From: the human T2T-CHM13v2.0 reference genome, Homo sapiens
DNA: 64,000 bases
Reading direction: 5' to 3' (one strand)
Assembly (NCBI RefSeq): GCF_009914755.1
Contig: NC_060932.1
The notes beneath the pieces were generated by a model. The model saw only the letters and a list, made by a program, of their open reading frames with translations. It made no database searches and had not been told where the DNA came from. This document shows positions 40,450 through 58,004 of this stretch, in pieces; the first letter of the stretch is position 1, and each line of letters opens with the position of its first letter. The position numbers and the translations under genes are program-made.

Positions 40450-41829
40450 CAGTTGAGACAATCTAAGTCTTAGGGATGGACTTGAGGGAATGTATACATA
40501 CTTCTAAAAACAATTTAGGCTACAGTATTTTGCTACACAAATATTTCAGTCTTTGAGTAACCTAGTTAACTTGGCACAGATAGAGAGAGAGAGGAAGGGA
40601 GTGAAAAAGGGAAGAAAAGTAGACAGGTAAAGATAAACTATATATATGTTTTGGGGACATAGATAGGTACTTGGCTCTAGTCAGAAAATTTACAATTTAT
40701 TGCCAGGTACAAAAGAAACTATAACCCCTTCCTAGAGAAACAACTTAGGCACTGAGCTACCTTAATTCCTGGTTTGGAAAGGATACAAATGAAAATTAAT
40801 CAATTGATCAGTAACTCAGCTAGTATCTGTATGCAGAAAAGATCACTTTTGAATATGATTTTAAAATGTACTACTTCTTAAAATGTATGTTTATACTAAT
40901 AAATTTGTGTGAGACAAAAATTACCAAAAGGACTATAAATAGGCCTTTAGAGGAAATTGGATTTCCAAACTAAAGCTAATTCTAGTTTACTGTAATACTG
41001 ATAGGATGAAGTAGCAGGTGTTGGCTTAGTATTTTAATTGATAAAATATATTGTGTATTTTGTACATTACTGTGTATCAATCATTGACACCAAAGGTTTC
41101 TCCTTTTATCCAGAAAAATAAGCAAGTTTCTGAGAAAATAAATTGTTAATATTTGCCATATCACTTTTGGTTTACTTATTTCCTTGTTTTGGTTTTGTTG
41201 TATGTGTGGGATTTTTTGCTTGTTGTATTGTTAAAAAATGCAGTGTCAGAAAGTATATCAATAAAATAAATGCTGAATTTTTTAAGTCAAAACCATAATA
41301 ATTTATCTTTTCCCTAAACAGAAAAATAATTCAGATGCTTGCTTACTTTATCAAGGGTGTTTGGGACAGACTCATTTCCCTCAGTATTTCGGAGACTTCT
41401 CACAAAATGTAGAGCTTCTACTCACTTCAAAAAAATATTTTAAGATGAAAGAAATAAACAGAAATAAAGAATGCTGAGTATAGGTCATGTTGTGACTATA
41501 TGTTTAGTGTTACATTCTGCTCCCAGAATTAATTTAGGAATTGAAGGACAAACAAAATTAGCAGTAAGCTTCATTTTTACTGTTATCATTAAATGTATCA
41601 TCTTCCTCTGTTTCTCTTTAAGGTTTAGGAAGAATATATGGATGTGTTACGAATTCACAGTATGTCACCAGTTAACATCATGTTCAGGAAGGTCACTGTG
41701 CATGGAATTAGAATACCTGGGTTCTGGTTACAGTGAGGCAATGACATATATGTGTCTTTTTATCTCTCTGGGACTCATTTGTAAATTTAGAGAGATGACT
41801 TCAGTGGTTATTGACACCTTAGGTGATTA

Positions 41830-42123
<294 letters not shown>

Positions 42124-43464
42124 CTAGATCATCCTTAAGGTTCCATGATCTAGCATTTAGATCTGTCCTAATAAGTCCTTGAAATATTAAATCAATCCAC
42201 TAATGCTAACAAAAATTATTTCTATAACCAGAAATTGCCACTATGATTAAATCACTGAACATTAGATTAAAAATGGTCAACTGCATATCTTGGATGGTAA
42301 ATATAAATAATATATCTTGTTTTACAAGAACAGTATAAAGAGCTAAAGATGTATCGTGTATAACTTGGAATTCCTTTCACTGTAATTTTCATGTTTAATA
42401 TTTATAATCAATATGGAATTAGAAGCTCTCTTCCAGGAATTAATAACAAGATTAAATTTGTAATAACAATATAATAGAAAATTATCAAATGTTTGCATGC
42501 TGAATACTGAAGTAATATCTTTAGAATAGAATGTACACATTGTATATCACCATGGTATTCCAAAATCAACCAGTCTTTTGTCATTTCCAACATTTCTGAA
42601 TACACAAAAGGCTAATTTATAAAATATTCTAACAACTAGAAAGCCAACTCAAAACTATTGAGTGCCTACTCAGTATAAAAGATATTAGGATCGGTGAATC
42701 AAAGTACATGTTATAATTATCTATAATTATGCGTGAAGTAAAAGATACAGATATATAAAATGCCACCATTTTACAAAAAATATCTATACTTTAGGCAGCT
42801 GCTATGTCTTCTTTTTACATACAGGGGCATACCTGAAGGAGTTCAAATAGGGAGAGCAGAAAGGAAAGGCTTTGATTTTAGCAGAGTCCTTAGGCTAGTC
42901 CTGTTAAAGAAACAAAATTTATTTGCTGTCCTGCCGAAAGGTGTATTCCTTTACCGATGGAAATTTCTTCTTTGATAATTAAAATGTGCACACCTTAAGT
43001 GTACTTTTTATTGTGATTATATGTTTGCTTTTTACTTTTCGGTTCATAATGGCTATCACCAATTAAGCAACAGTGGAAATCAACACCAAGGAAACAGACA
43101 AATGCACATTAGAACAGAAGATATTTTTTAGTAAAAGAATATAATTTTGCAATCTTAGAAGAGGGGATAATTCATTCCACCTGAAGGAATTGAGGGACAC
43201 ATATGGAAAGCTGGCAGTTGATCTGCGTCATGAAGAAAGACTAGGATATTCATTGGCAGAGATTATGAAAAGGAGCGTTTCATAGGGGGAAAATAATGGA
43301 GCAGGCACAAAGGAAAGCTCAGGACATTTCCAACGAATTCTAAGTTATCTGCAGCTAATGCACAAAATTTAGTGGATGGAAAGTAAAGGAAATGCAGATT
43401 GAAATTCATTTGTGATGTCTGCTAGATTTTTGCAGTGTATTCGATGCATAATGGGATACCATCA

Positions 43465-44025
<561 letters not shown>

Positions 44026-45199
44026 CTTGCAAAAGTGTATGAAAAATAACTGAGATAAAACATTAAGTGGAACTTCAATTCAGCTATACATAATGATGAA
44101 AGCCTTTGAATCAAAGAAAAATAAATCATGATCACACTGATCTTTGTGTTCAATATAGTTCTTGAAAAATTAGTAGCACACATGGGCAAAGTATGGTTTT
44201 TTTGATAATATAGTAACTTTTTAAAATAAAACTATTTCACAAAAGAGAACATTCTATACTCTGGCCATGCTACATAGCATTTATGCACAATGTGTTAAAC
44301 TGGCATGACCATCTGTCCAGATAAATGACTCCAACTTTAGAAAAAGAACATATATATTTCCTACAAAATCTTTAGTCTAAAGTTAAGATCTACATAAAGT
44401 TCATTGAGGCAGGAAAATGACAAAATATAAGTAATAGAAAGTAGATTTTGGTGTTTCTAGGAAAGAAGGATAGTAGTGTACAAATCAGCGATTGTTGAAT
44501 ATTGAGTTTTTGCTATAACAGTCTGAGACCATTCTTTTTACTCATCAGAAATCAATTGTTCTTTTACAATGTAGAATTTACAACAGTATATTTTTTATAC
44601 TATAACAGCAAGCCAGCCCATGCTCACTAAATAAAACCTGTATTCACTATATGCTTCTTCTGTAGCTCATTACCTTTCAAAGTGCTATCAGTTTCAGGGA
44701 GAGCAGAGCTGTTTTCCCCTGCACAGCTTCAGAGAAAAAGGTATATTTGATGCACTTGATCACTACAGATTTCCAGTGTTGCTTAATTGGTGATGGTCAT
44801 TGTGAATCCAAATGTATAAAGCAAACGCATAACCACAATTAAGAATACACTTAATGTATGCACATTTTAATTATCAAAGAAGGAAGGTCCTTTCAATAGG
44901 ACAGCAAATAACATTTTGTTTCTTTACTATAAACAGGGCTAACCTAAGGACTGTACTACAGTCAAAACCTTCCCTTTCTGCTCTCCCTATTTGCCACCCC
45001 TTCCCGATGCTACTGTATGTAAAAAGAATACATATTAGCTGCCTAGGTCACTACCTGTAACCAACTCATACATTGCATACTCATATTTTGTTATTATATT
45101 CTACCTGATATCCAAAAGTGTACTTGTTGACCTGTTATCTACTTTAATCAATGTAGTTCATTAAATAAAACATGTCATTACCAAAATATCATTTCATTT

Positions 45200-45772
<573 letters not shown>

Positions 45773-46160
45773 ATCTCATTTCTTATTAATGAATAGAAAC
45801 AAATCTTAAGGAATAAAATAAGCAATACTTTTAAGCTACATAAAAGCAGGTAAAATATACACATAAAATAAGAAAAAAATAATTGCCATTTTCATGCTTG
45901 TTTCTAAAGTTTCAGAGTTTAAATTGGGCGCAATTTAGAGGAAAAACCCTCAAAATTGCATCATTTATCCAAATCTCCAGAGTCTGGAAACCTCATGGAA
46001 AGCAATGTATAAGACTGTTTTTGCTCAAGAGATTTCTGGCATTTTTGCCTGCCTCTAGAGTTAGTAATGCAAAGGAGAATAATGAATCTTCCAGAAGCTG
46101 GCACTGTCGAGTTCAATATCTGCCAGCAAACAGAGGTGCTATTGAAAAATTCCAGCCACC

Positions 46161-46460
<300 letters not shown>

Positions 46461-48097
46461 AAAAATTCCAGCCTGGAGGTGAATGTTCCCAAGAGACAAC
46501 CATCATTTGGCATTGTTAAACAAGGGAGTGGCCATCTTTTCCTCACAGCTTTCTTCTTTACCTCACAGGGTATCAGCAGGTATGATGCAATGAATTTGAC
46601 ATAATTATTAGTATCATTTTGTTGTGAATGACAAGTCTTGCTTATATTATTTTTACATAGAGATCCAGTATTGAAACCACAGAGATCTCTGGAAAACTTG
46701 CCACTGCAATGACAATTAACTGCACTAAAATTACTTCCTTTGGTTTGTTCTAAATCTACAGTTTCTCACTTTGTACATTCCTCTTGCTCTTTCTTTTGTA
46801 AACTAGCAGAGAAATTGATCAAGCTGTGAGCTCATGAAAGCAAGATAGAAAATGGAACCAAGTTCAGATTTCAATCAGGATGCTAATGAAGTTGTAAACC
46901 TTTGGATACTTCTGCCTACACATAGAAAACTTTTTATAGACTCCTCTCCATATACAAAATTTTCTTAGTGATAACATTTATGATTTTGTCAAAAGAATAA
47001 AGAACATTGAAGACATGATGAGATTCTCATTACTTTGCCAATTTTTAAAGGAATTTGGACATCAGTTAATATCTATTTGGGAGTTAGCGAGCAAGTAACT
47101 TCCTGGAAATTAGACTACAAAAGGGGAATCCCAAACTGCATCATTCCGTGTATCTGAGAAGCCTTTAGTGACAGAAACAATCTATAATGTTCTGCATGTT
47201 GCTGCTACTGAATCATAAATTTCTCATTTGCTGCTTTGTGTGAATCATTTCCATTTTTAAGAAGAGATGGATAGTCGAGCACATTTTCACATATTTCTAA
47301 TCTGTGTTTTTATACTATGAAGATTCCCATCAAGATATAGTTTAGCTTCAAAAATATGGTTTAACTAGGAAATAGCTGAACTGCCTCAATAAATCAGGAA
47401 GATGAATTTTAAGAGTTATGTGAATACAATCGAAACTTGAGATTCATTTTCACAGGAAATCAATATGATATTTTTGAAGGATTAAGAAATTTGACATGAA
47501 CATAAATAAAACCGGCATTTGTCATAACATTAAATAGACAAAAAGTGACACAAATTATATATAATTCTGCTTTATGAAATATATTTAATATGTGACAGAT
47601 GAGGACATCCTTCTTCATTTCATGAAAACATTGCTTAATATTTTATGGAAGAGAATCCAGAGAATATATCGTGTGTGTATGCCTCTGTGTGTGTAGGGGT
47701 ATATTGTGGTAATTTTTCAAAAAAATTGTTTTGTGGTTAAAAACCCTCAATATTAAAACATAATTTAAAATGCACCTTTGGGTATCTTCTTCTTTGTGCA
47801 TATTATCTTGCCATTGGGAAAGTTACTAATCCAGAAAACAAAAGTTTATCATTCATCACTCACACTAAGCTTCATAGCAGATGATGGTAATTGGTAACTG
47901 GATGGTATGTGGAAGGTTTGCCATCCTAATGGAGAAAGGCGTATTTCCTAATGGAAATGTACCTAAGGGGAGTGAGGAGTGGCAATGACATTGGCTGTTC
48001 CAGCATTCATACCAAAGCACGCCTGCTTTTTCATATTGTGCCGATTCTGAAGCACAGTGTAAAATAAACATTATTTTCACTAAATTAAGATAATAAA

Positions 48098-48391
<294 letters not shown>

Positions 48392-48615
48392 AAGATAATA
48401 AGACTAACCCTGATTCTCTCCTGTGCCTCAGCCATGTGTTGCTAGACAGTTAGACACTATCAGACAATCTCTCAATCAGCATGCTGCTTTAATTATGTAT
48501 TAAGATGTTACCATAATGCCTGAAAGAATGTCCTCCAGAGGCACCCAAATGTTAAGTGCCTTCACAATTAATTGTCCATCTAGTGCTGCCTTATTATGTT
48601 CTTCCTTTAAAATCT

Positions 48616-48620
48616 CCTCA

Positions 48621-48662
<42 letters not shown>

Positions 48663-48731
48663 GTTACATTATCATTCATGTGTGCATATAATACCTTGAA
48701 AACTTTTTGTGTCATTTTCATCAGTGTACAT
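48616..48731 (+). repeat. Copy 1 of a dispersed ~120-bp duplication containing (TG)n(TA)n
   Basis: Near-identical to 52604-52728. Confidence 0.92.
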
Positions 48732-49039
48732 CTTCTTTCCCAAAATGCTTTATATTCTCTGTTTAGCATTCAAACACATCATTAAAAATGAAAGACTATT
48801 AAAACATGTGCATATGGAAGATTCTGGTTTACCTTAATGCCAATATCACACATTTACTTCATACTTCCTGATGGCATCTTAAGAAAATTAGTTGAAGCTG
48901 ATAATGATTATTTCTATTTCATATAAAGGAAACTGTGTCATTGAGGGGAAAAAAATGTGCCCTAGCAATCTTGCTTTAAAAGATGTGTTTAGAAATGTGG
49001 ACAACTAGCAAAGGTTTCAGCCTAGACTCTGGTATACTT

Positions 49040-49465
49040 GCTATATTACTGAGGATTGGGTTGACCTACAAGTATTGGAGAATCTTGATAACAGTGTTAG
49101 ATAAACAGAATCTTTTTCTCTCTCACATGAAACTCCTAGTAGGCATTCCAAGGTGAGCATGGTGCACCACAGTGCAAGGCCCAGGCCCCTTTCTACCTAA
49201 ATGACCTTGTCCCCCAGTCTAACATATGTTCTAAATACATTATCTATCATCCATTCAAAGGAAGCAAAGAAGGAGCAAGCAATCTCCATAAGCTTGCATG
49301 GGTGATTTTCGTTGGTATCTCCTTGATCAGAAATTACAGCAGCTTGGCAGGTTGAGAAATTGTCTCCATCCTGCACAGCTATATGTCCAGCCAAAAATCA
49401 TGGCTCTATCACCATGAAAGAAGAGGAGAACAAATACTGGAGGACAAAGAGCAGTTTATACTACA
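49040..49465 (-). mobile_element. Old MLT1 (I/J/K-type) LTR
   Basis: tttttctctctcacatgaa...caaggcccaggcccctttctacct...aaagaagaggagaacaaatactggagg...ctaca. Confidence 0.5.
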
Positions 49466-49712
49466 AGCCAATGTATAGTGTGCACACATGGGACAACATA
49501 AACAAAACCTATGACCATTTAGCACCAAGAATGGAAACAATTTTTCTCTCACATATCATTTTAATAAGACAGCTATTGCATTTATGTTAATAGAGATTAA
49601 TATTATCATTTCTGTAGAGCAATGCTTAAACTCAGATATCAATTCAAGAGCAGTAAGTCATATATTATTAGAAAATTAAGCTGTCTTTATGTGCTAGAAG
49701 ACTGTAGCCTAT

Positions 49713-50262
49713 TGTTTCAGTTATCTTTTTTTCATAAAAAAGCAAACAATCCCCAAATTTAGCAACTTTAAATAACACAGTTTTATTATACCTTATAATA
49801 TTGTAAGTGGTCTGAACTCACCTGGGCAGTTCTGTTCCATGTGATGTTAGCTGTGGCTACAGTCATTTGGGGACTCAACTCTGCTGGTATGTCAAGATAA
49901 TTCACTTAAATGTCTAGCAATTGTCTCTGGCTTTCAGCTGGTAGCTCAGCAGGGGCTGTCGATCAAGACCCAGTACCCTCCACATTCCTCTCCATGTACC
50001 TTGGGCTCCTTCCCAAATCAAGGCATGGTGCCAAGAGACAAGAAGGTAAAGCTGCTAGTCTTCTTAAGGCTTTGATTTTAAACTCTTAGAACATCACTTC
50101 TCCCACCTTCCTTGGTTAAAACCAGTCACAAGACCATTCCAGAGGGTGAAGGTTTAGGGGAAATAAGAAAAGATAAGCTACCACATTTTGATGTATGTAG
50201 AAATATGTGCATAAAGCAAGGAGAAAACTTGTTAGGGGCCATCTTTGGAGACTAATTAACAG
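49713..50262 (-). mobile_element. Old MLT1 (G/H-type) LTR
   Basis: ccccaaatttagc...cctgggcagttctgttccatgtgatg...agtcacaag...ggccatctttggagact. Confidence 0.6.
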
Positions 50263-50326
50263 CATATTATAGCAAAAATAATAGAAACAGGAGAGAAAAT
50301 CACAGTTAATTCATTGATAAAACTAA

Positions 50327-51357
<1,031 letters not shown>

Positions 51358-52603
51358 ACAGATAAGGTCATTGGAAATACCCTTAGGATGTCCCATTTAG
51401 GGTCATCCACATTACAAAGATGATCCAGTTATCTTGTTTTATCAAATAAATCAATTTCTGTAAAAACAAACTGCAGTCTAGCTTACAAAAATCATTGTTT
51501 TCATCTTCATTCAATCAGCATTTACTGGGTGCCTTTTACATTCCAGAAATACATTACATGTTGGGTTTACAGGTCTTCATCGATACTTATGGTAGATTTT
51601 GAGTACATGTTATAACAGAAAATGCCAAGGTTTAGAGCACAGAGGGACACCAATTTGTGGAGATGTGGCAAGGTGGATACTGATCTATCTCACAGCGGCT
51701 TCATAGAAGAGACCAAGCAAATAAAACACATGACAGATTTTCCTTTTCACCTTTAAGGCACTGAACTAATAATACTAAGAGAAACAGGAAAGATAACGCT
51801 TTGGAAGTCTGATTTACACTTGGGTAAAGATATATTGGTCCTAGATAGTTCAGTGCTAATTCTTAGATCCATATTCAATAACAGAATTTAGGAACTTAAA
51901 ACCCTGGGACAAATTTTAGATAAATTGTTTTATTACTTATATTTCCACAAGTCAAATCTCCCACATCTTGTACACCTTCTGTATTACTTATACACATACT
52001 GTGTACTCATTATCTGCAAGGATGTGATAAATGAAGTGGTGCTAATCTGTTCTATGGCTTTTCAAAGACTGATTTTTTAAAAAATCCAAGTTTTTTTAAA
52101 ATAATCTAAAGAGAAAGCCCAAATCATTTGAAGCCACATGTAAAATTAGTTTCACATTTTGCCACAGGAGCACTTTGTTTTCAAGAAATAGATCTATCCT
52201 CCATGTTCCATAGGTTTTGAATCTAGGTATACAGTTTTACTTGCAAATACTGTAAGATGTATAGATACTTCTACAGGGAAAAATAATTTGTCAACCAAAA
52301 TATTCAGCCATCTACTGTGAATATACATTGAGTAAATTTATTATTTGGTGTAAGAACAAAAATTGAATCTTATAAATATAGTCAATATAATATTTGGATT
52401 GTATCTTCATTAACATAAAAATTACTCTTGCCTGATACTTAGCATATGTAAGATTTTCAAATAAGAGAAAGGACAGGACTCTTAGTGGATATTCTAGCCA
52501 AAAAGAAAGGAAGATGCTGAAATGGAAAAATCATTTACTTAGCTCCAAATCTAGGAAAATGTAAATTGCCAGTGTCAATAAAGTTTACCTGTGTTTCATG
52601 TAG

Positions 52604-52606
52604 CCT

Positions 52607-52656
<50 letters not shown>

Positions 52657-52728
52657 GTTACATTATCATTCATGGGTGCATCTAATACCTTGAAAACTTC
52701 GTTTTGTGTCATTTTCATCAGTGTACAT
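52604..52728 (+). repeat. Copy 2 of the dispersed ~120-bp duplication
   Basis: Near-identical to 48616-48731. Confidence 0.92.
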
Positions 52729-53469
52729 AAATGCTATGGGATAGAAGTAATTTTAATAGATTTTGTTGTTTAAAGGACTGTTCTTTATTCTTTATTTACA
52801 GCTATGTTTTCAGGCATAAGCACCATAAATTACAGGGTCAATATTGAGCATTCAAGATAAAATCAGCTCCTTTGACCTACAGCTGCTTTCAGGCTGAAGT
52901 TTTAGTGTAAACCAAGTTTTTGTTCTATATGCAAATGCAGCTTTATTAATGTTCATTTTTCAACTTAAGATATATGATGAAATTATTCCTTGAGTTATCA
53001 CATATAAATAATAAATATACATTTATACTAATAACCAGTTCTTGACAGGTTTTTCCCTTTCCCTTTTCCTGGCAGCGATCAAGTTCTCTGAAGCATACCG
53101 TACTGTTTCACAGCCAACACCAGCAACTGAATCACCCCAGATCTTTTCTTCTCTACTTTTTTCTTCTTCAAGAGAATTGAACATTTTCATTACTTACCTT
53201 CTTTACTTTCACCGTTTTTATCATTCAGAACAGTTGATTCCTTCTCTAGCAAAAAAAATCTCTGCCTTTACTCAACCATGTCTCGACTATTGCTCAACCA
53301 AATCAATCTGTACTGCATCTCAGCCAAATTAACTGTTGACAGCTTTGCACTATAAAATTTCTTCCCTCATCAGAACTAGTGTAAATTACTGTAACTTTCA
53401 CCTCTCAGATCCCAGTTGTTCCCTTTGAAGTCACATAGAATAAATGGATTTTTTCTTTTAGAATAGCTT

Positions 53470-53700
53470 ACTAGGAAGAGTAAAAGTTTTGGAATCAGAC
53501 TGTGTCTGTTCAAATACCATCTCTCCTTAGCAGACATAAGACGTTGAAACAAATTACTTACCTTCTCTTTGTTTCTATTTATTTTATATGGAAAATAATA
53601 AGAGCATCTAGCTCGTATGATTATATTGAAGATTAAATGAGGATTAAGATCCTAGTACAAAGCCTAGTATATAGTATTAAAATATCAGCAACTAAATTAT
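53470..53700 (+). mobile_element. MIR
   Basis: ttttggaatcagactg...ttcaaatacc...aaattacttaccttctct...gaagattaaatga. Confidence 0.65.
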
Positions 53701-53817
53701 TGTTTTTCATATCTGTGAGATATATCATTGCAATTATTATAAACTCAACTCAATTTATCATTTTCAAAATGAATGTTCTCAGTTTTTCCAACTGTTCTTA
53801 AAGGACATACTTCAAAC

Positions 53818-54427
<610 letters not shown>

Positions 54428-54479
54428 CAATCTCTTGTACTTAAATATCTTCTTTGAATCCTGATTGTTTCATCATGCT

Positions 54480-54982
54480 TGTATTAGCATCCTGTCACTG
54501 CTGTAACAAATTACCACAAATTCAGTGGCTTGAAACAATACAAATGTACTGTCTTAGCGATTTGCAGGTCAGAAGCATGAAATGAGTCACTCATTTAAAA
54601 TCAAGTTGGAGGCATGGCTGCATTTCTTTCTGGAAACTCTAGGGCAGATGCCATTTTCTTGTCTTTTTCAGCTTCTATAAGCTCCCTGTTTTCCTCGACT
54701 CATGGTTTTTTTCCATCTTCAAAGCCAGTGATGGCTGTTGAAGTCTTTTTCACAATCCCATATATTTCCTTTCTGATTCTTCCACCTACCTCTTCAGTCA
54801 TTTAAGGGACATTGTATTATACTCAACTCAATCACATAAACCAAGATATTCTCCCTGCCTTAATTAGCAATTTTAATTCAATCTGCAACTTAATTTCCCT
54901 TTGCTATATAACCTAACATATTCATAAGTTCCAAGAATTACAATGTGGGCATTCTTGGAGGGTCTTTATTCTGTCAGCCATA
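54480..54982 (-). mobile_element. MLT1D-type LTR
   Basis: tgtattag...ctgctgtaacaaattaccacaaattcagtggcttgaaacaa...taatttccctttgc...ttattctg. Confidence 0.8.
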
Positions 54983-55353
54983 CCACCCAATCCTATTTTT
55001 CATTTTTATTCTTCTTTTTCATTATTTTATGTTGCCTTTGGTACCATTAATATAATTCACTATCAGTATTAGTATTTCACTCATAGTGAGAGGTTCATTG
55101 AATACTTGATTGATGTAAAAAAAATAGAGCTCACTCTCAATATTAAAGGATGAGAAGCATTTAAATAGATGGACTAGAAAAGAAAGGTCATTGGAGACAG
55201 GAGAAATTAATGAAACAATAGTAATAAGAAAGAGCAAGCTAAACATAAAGTTCTTGGGAGGAAGAGCTTCAATTTAGAAAGTGATAAAAGATAAGGAGGG
55301 ATGGTTAAAATGAAGCCAATTATAGATGTCTTTAAATACCAAGTTGAAAAGAT

Positions 55354-55670
55354 TATATGTAGTGTAATCATAACAAGCAATTGTATATAATATATAATAT
55401 AAATAATTATATTTTATATAATGTAATAAGCAATTATATATGATTATTTATATTATCTTATATAATTACTTTATATAATATTTATATTATATATTATATA
55501 TAATTATTTCTAATACATAATGTATACATATATACAAAGTATATATATAATATATATGTATATAATATATACATATTATATATTAGAAATAATTATTTAA
55601 TTGCTTATTATGATTACGCACTATTACAATTATATATAAATTGCTTATTATGATTACACACTATATATAT
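55354..55670. repeat. AT-rich imperfect palindrome
   Basis: Inverted pairs 55362-55382 / 55639-55659 (20 of 21 match) and 55501-55515 / 55581-55595 (15 of 15). Confidence 0.85.
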
Positions 55671-55740
55671 AAATGGTGTGCATGTATGTAAATATTTTAC
55701 GTGATAACATAAAGTCTGATTTGCCAAAATTGTCTCTCCT

Positions 55741-55765
55741 GTGCTCACTTCAGCACCACGTACAA
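55741..55765 (+). pseudogene. Tailless U6 snRNA retropseudogene (first ~25 nt of U6)
   Basis: gtgctcacttcagcaccacgtacaa versus U6 GTGCTCGCTTCGGCAGCACATATAC; 15-bp TSD aaaattgtctctcct (55726-55740, 55766-55780). Confidence 0.8.
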
Positions 55766-55841
55766 AAAATTGTCTCTCCTAGACAAATTTACAGTAAGCT
55801 TAAAAGTCTCCCACTATTTCTTTGGATTTAACATTCTTGTC

Positions 55842-56220
55842 TTTTTTAATTGATACATAATAATTGAACATATTTATGGGGTACAAGTGGTATTTTGATA
55901 CATGCATACAATGTTTAATGATCAAATCATGGCAACTGGACTACCCATCACCTCATTTATCCTTTCTTCTGTTGAGAACATTGCAAATCTTCTCTTCTAG
56001 CTATTGTGAAATATACAATAAATTATTGTTGACTATAGTCACTCTACTGTACTATCAAACACTAGAACTTATTCCTTCTATCTAACATTTTTGAACCCAT
56101 TAACCTACCTCTCTTTCTCCTCCATCCCCCATGCCCTTGCCAGACCCTGGTAACCACCATGCCTTACATGAGATATTCCTTACATGAGATCCATTTTTTT
56201 TTAGCCCCTACATATGAATG
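55842..56220 (-). mobile_element. L1MA-type 3' end
   Basis: tttttaattgatacataataattgaacatatttatggggtacaagtggtattttgatacatgcatacaatg. Confidence 0.85.
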
Positions 56221-56711
56221 TTAAAGGCAAGTAGTCCTAGGGATGAGGTAAGAAGGGTAAACTATTGATACAGTAACACATATTGACATTTTCCCTACAA
56301 AAATGACTTTCTAAGTTATATCATGAAAGCATTGAGGCTGGGGATTGGATTAGGGGACTGGAAGAAGCTCATAAACAGAACTGGGACAGTGGTTGGGGAG
56401 GAGATTGAAAACAGGGGGATAATGCCAAGGACAGACAATGCCTACCTCATAATTTTGCCAATAGCTTTTCCCATTTTCAGTCAACAAGAAGCATCCACTT
56501 TTTAAAAATCAGTTACTGATATGTTAAGAACAATGTCTTTTGCTATTACTCAAGTAGGTCAGATTTGAACATGTTGAGTCTGAAATAACACAGGCAAGGA
56601 CTTATCAGCCCATGTCCCATCATTTTTTCCTACATCATTATGAAAAGCTCATACACAAAACACTTGTGATGAACATTACAGTCACCTGGTGCCTGTAGGA
56701 GGAAAATACTA

Positions 56712-58000
56712 TCATCCTTAGGGTGTTGGGATTTCAAAATATGAATTCGTTGAGGGGACAAAAACATTCAGACCACTAGCATTCCATCCCCACACCACCA
56801 CCTTCAATTATATCATTCTCACATGCAAAATACATTCATTTCATCCCAACAGCCTCAAAAGTCTTAAGTCAGTACCACAAAGTCCAAGTCCAGAGTCTCA
56901 TTCAAATCATCTAAATCAGATGTGAGTAAGACTCAAGGTAGGAGTCATTCTGAGGCAAATTGCTCTGTGAACCTGTGAAATCATACATATTACATGTTTT
57001 CAAAAGACAATGGTGGAGCAGGCTAACAGAATAGACATTACCATTCAAAAAAGGAGAAATAGTTAAGAAGAAAGGAGTAACAGGTTCCATGCAAGTCTGA
57101 AACCCAATAGGGCAAACAACATTAAACCTTGAGGATGAAGAATCATCTTTGGCTTGAGGTCTGCCTTCCAGGCCCACTGGAGGGAAGATTCCACCTTCCA
57201 CACCCACTAAGGCAGATGCCCTGCCCCCTGAGCTTTGCCATGCAGGGGTTGGGGCCCCAAGGCTCTGGGTGTTCCTGCCTCTACAGCTTTGTTGGGCACA
57301 GCCCACACAACAGGTATTATGATTGAAGTTGTATGCCTGTGGCTCTCCTGGGCTAGAGTTGCATGCCAGTGGCTCTGCTGGTGTGGGATCTCCAGGGTGG
57401 CTCCACTCCCATGGTTGTTCTCTGCCTGTGTAGCTTACCAAGGCTCTGGAGGGCTCCATACTTTGAAATCTAGTTGGAGGTAGCCATAGCCCCAGACTCC
57501 AGCACTGCATGCACTGGTTGACACAGTGCTTCCCAGACTCCATCAATATTTGCTGTCTGTGCCTTCAGGAGGGGCAACCACCATGGCCTGAGCCATGCCG
57601 GAGCCTGCCATAACGGCAACTGGGGCAGCCAAAGAGCATGGCTACACTGCAGTTCAGGGAGCACAGCCTGAGATGTGAGGCAGTGCCAGGCAAGACATGC
57701 TAGGGTCCCTCAGGCACAGTAGCCCCTTGTTGGCATTTGAAGCTGCTCTGCTGCCCAGGCTCTTGCATTCTGGGGCTGGATGGGGGTGGCAGCCCTGATG
57801 ATTTCTAAATTGCCATCATGGTCATTCTTTTATTTTCTCACTCATTAGTTCATGGCTGCTGCTTCGATGGCTGACTAATTTCATGGGATGGTCTTTGGCC
57901 ACACTCTTCCTGTCCTCTTCCAAATAGGTTTCTCATTTCTTTCAATATGAACAGGTTGGAGTTTTTCAAACCTTTAATTTCTGCTGCCTTTATTTTTTGA
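56712..58000 (-). mobile_element. MLT1A-type LTR end plus MaLR internal sequence
   Basis: aatatgaatt...acattcagaccactagca|ttccatcccc...ttctcacatgcaaaatacattcatt...ctgaggcaaattgctc... Confidence 0.75.
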
Positions 58001-58004
58001 TATT

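Noticed and set aside
56911-57546. 211-aa ORF on the minus strand
   Set aside because: It lies wholly within MaLR internal sequence and has no recognisable domain; consistent with a decayed element frame or chance.
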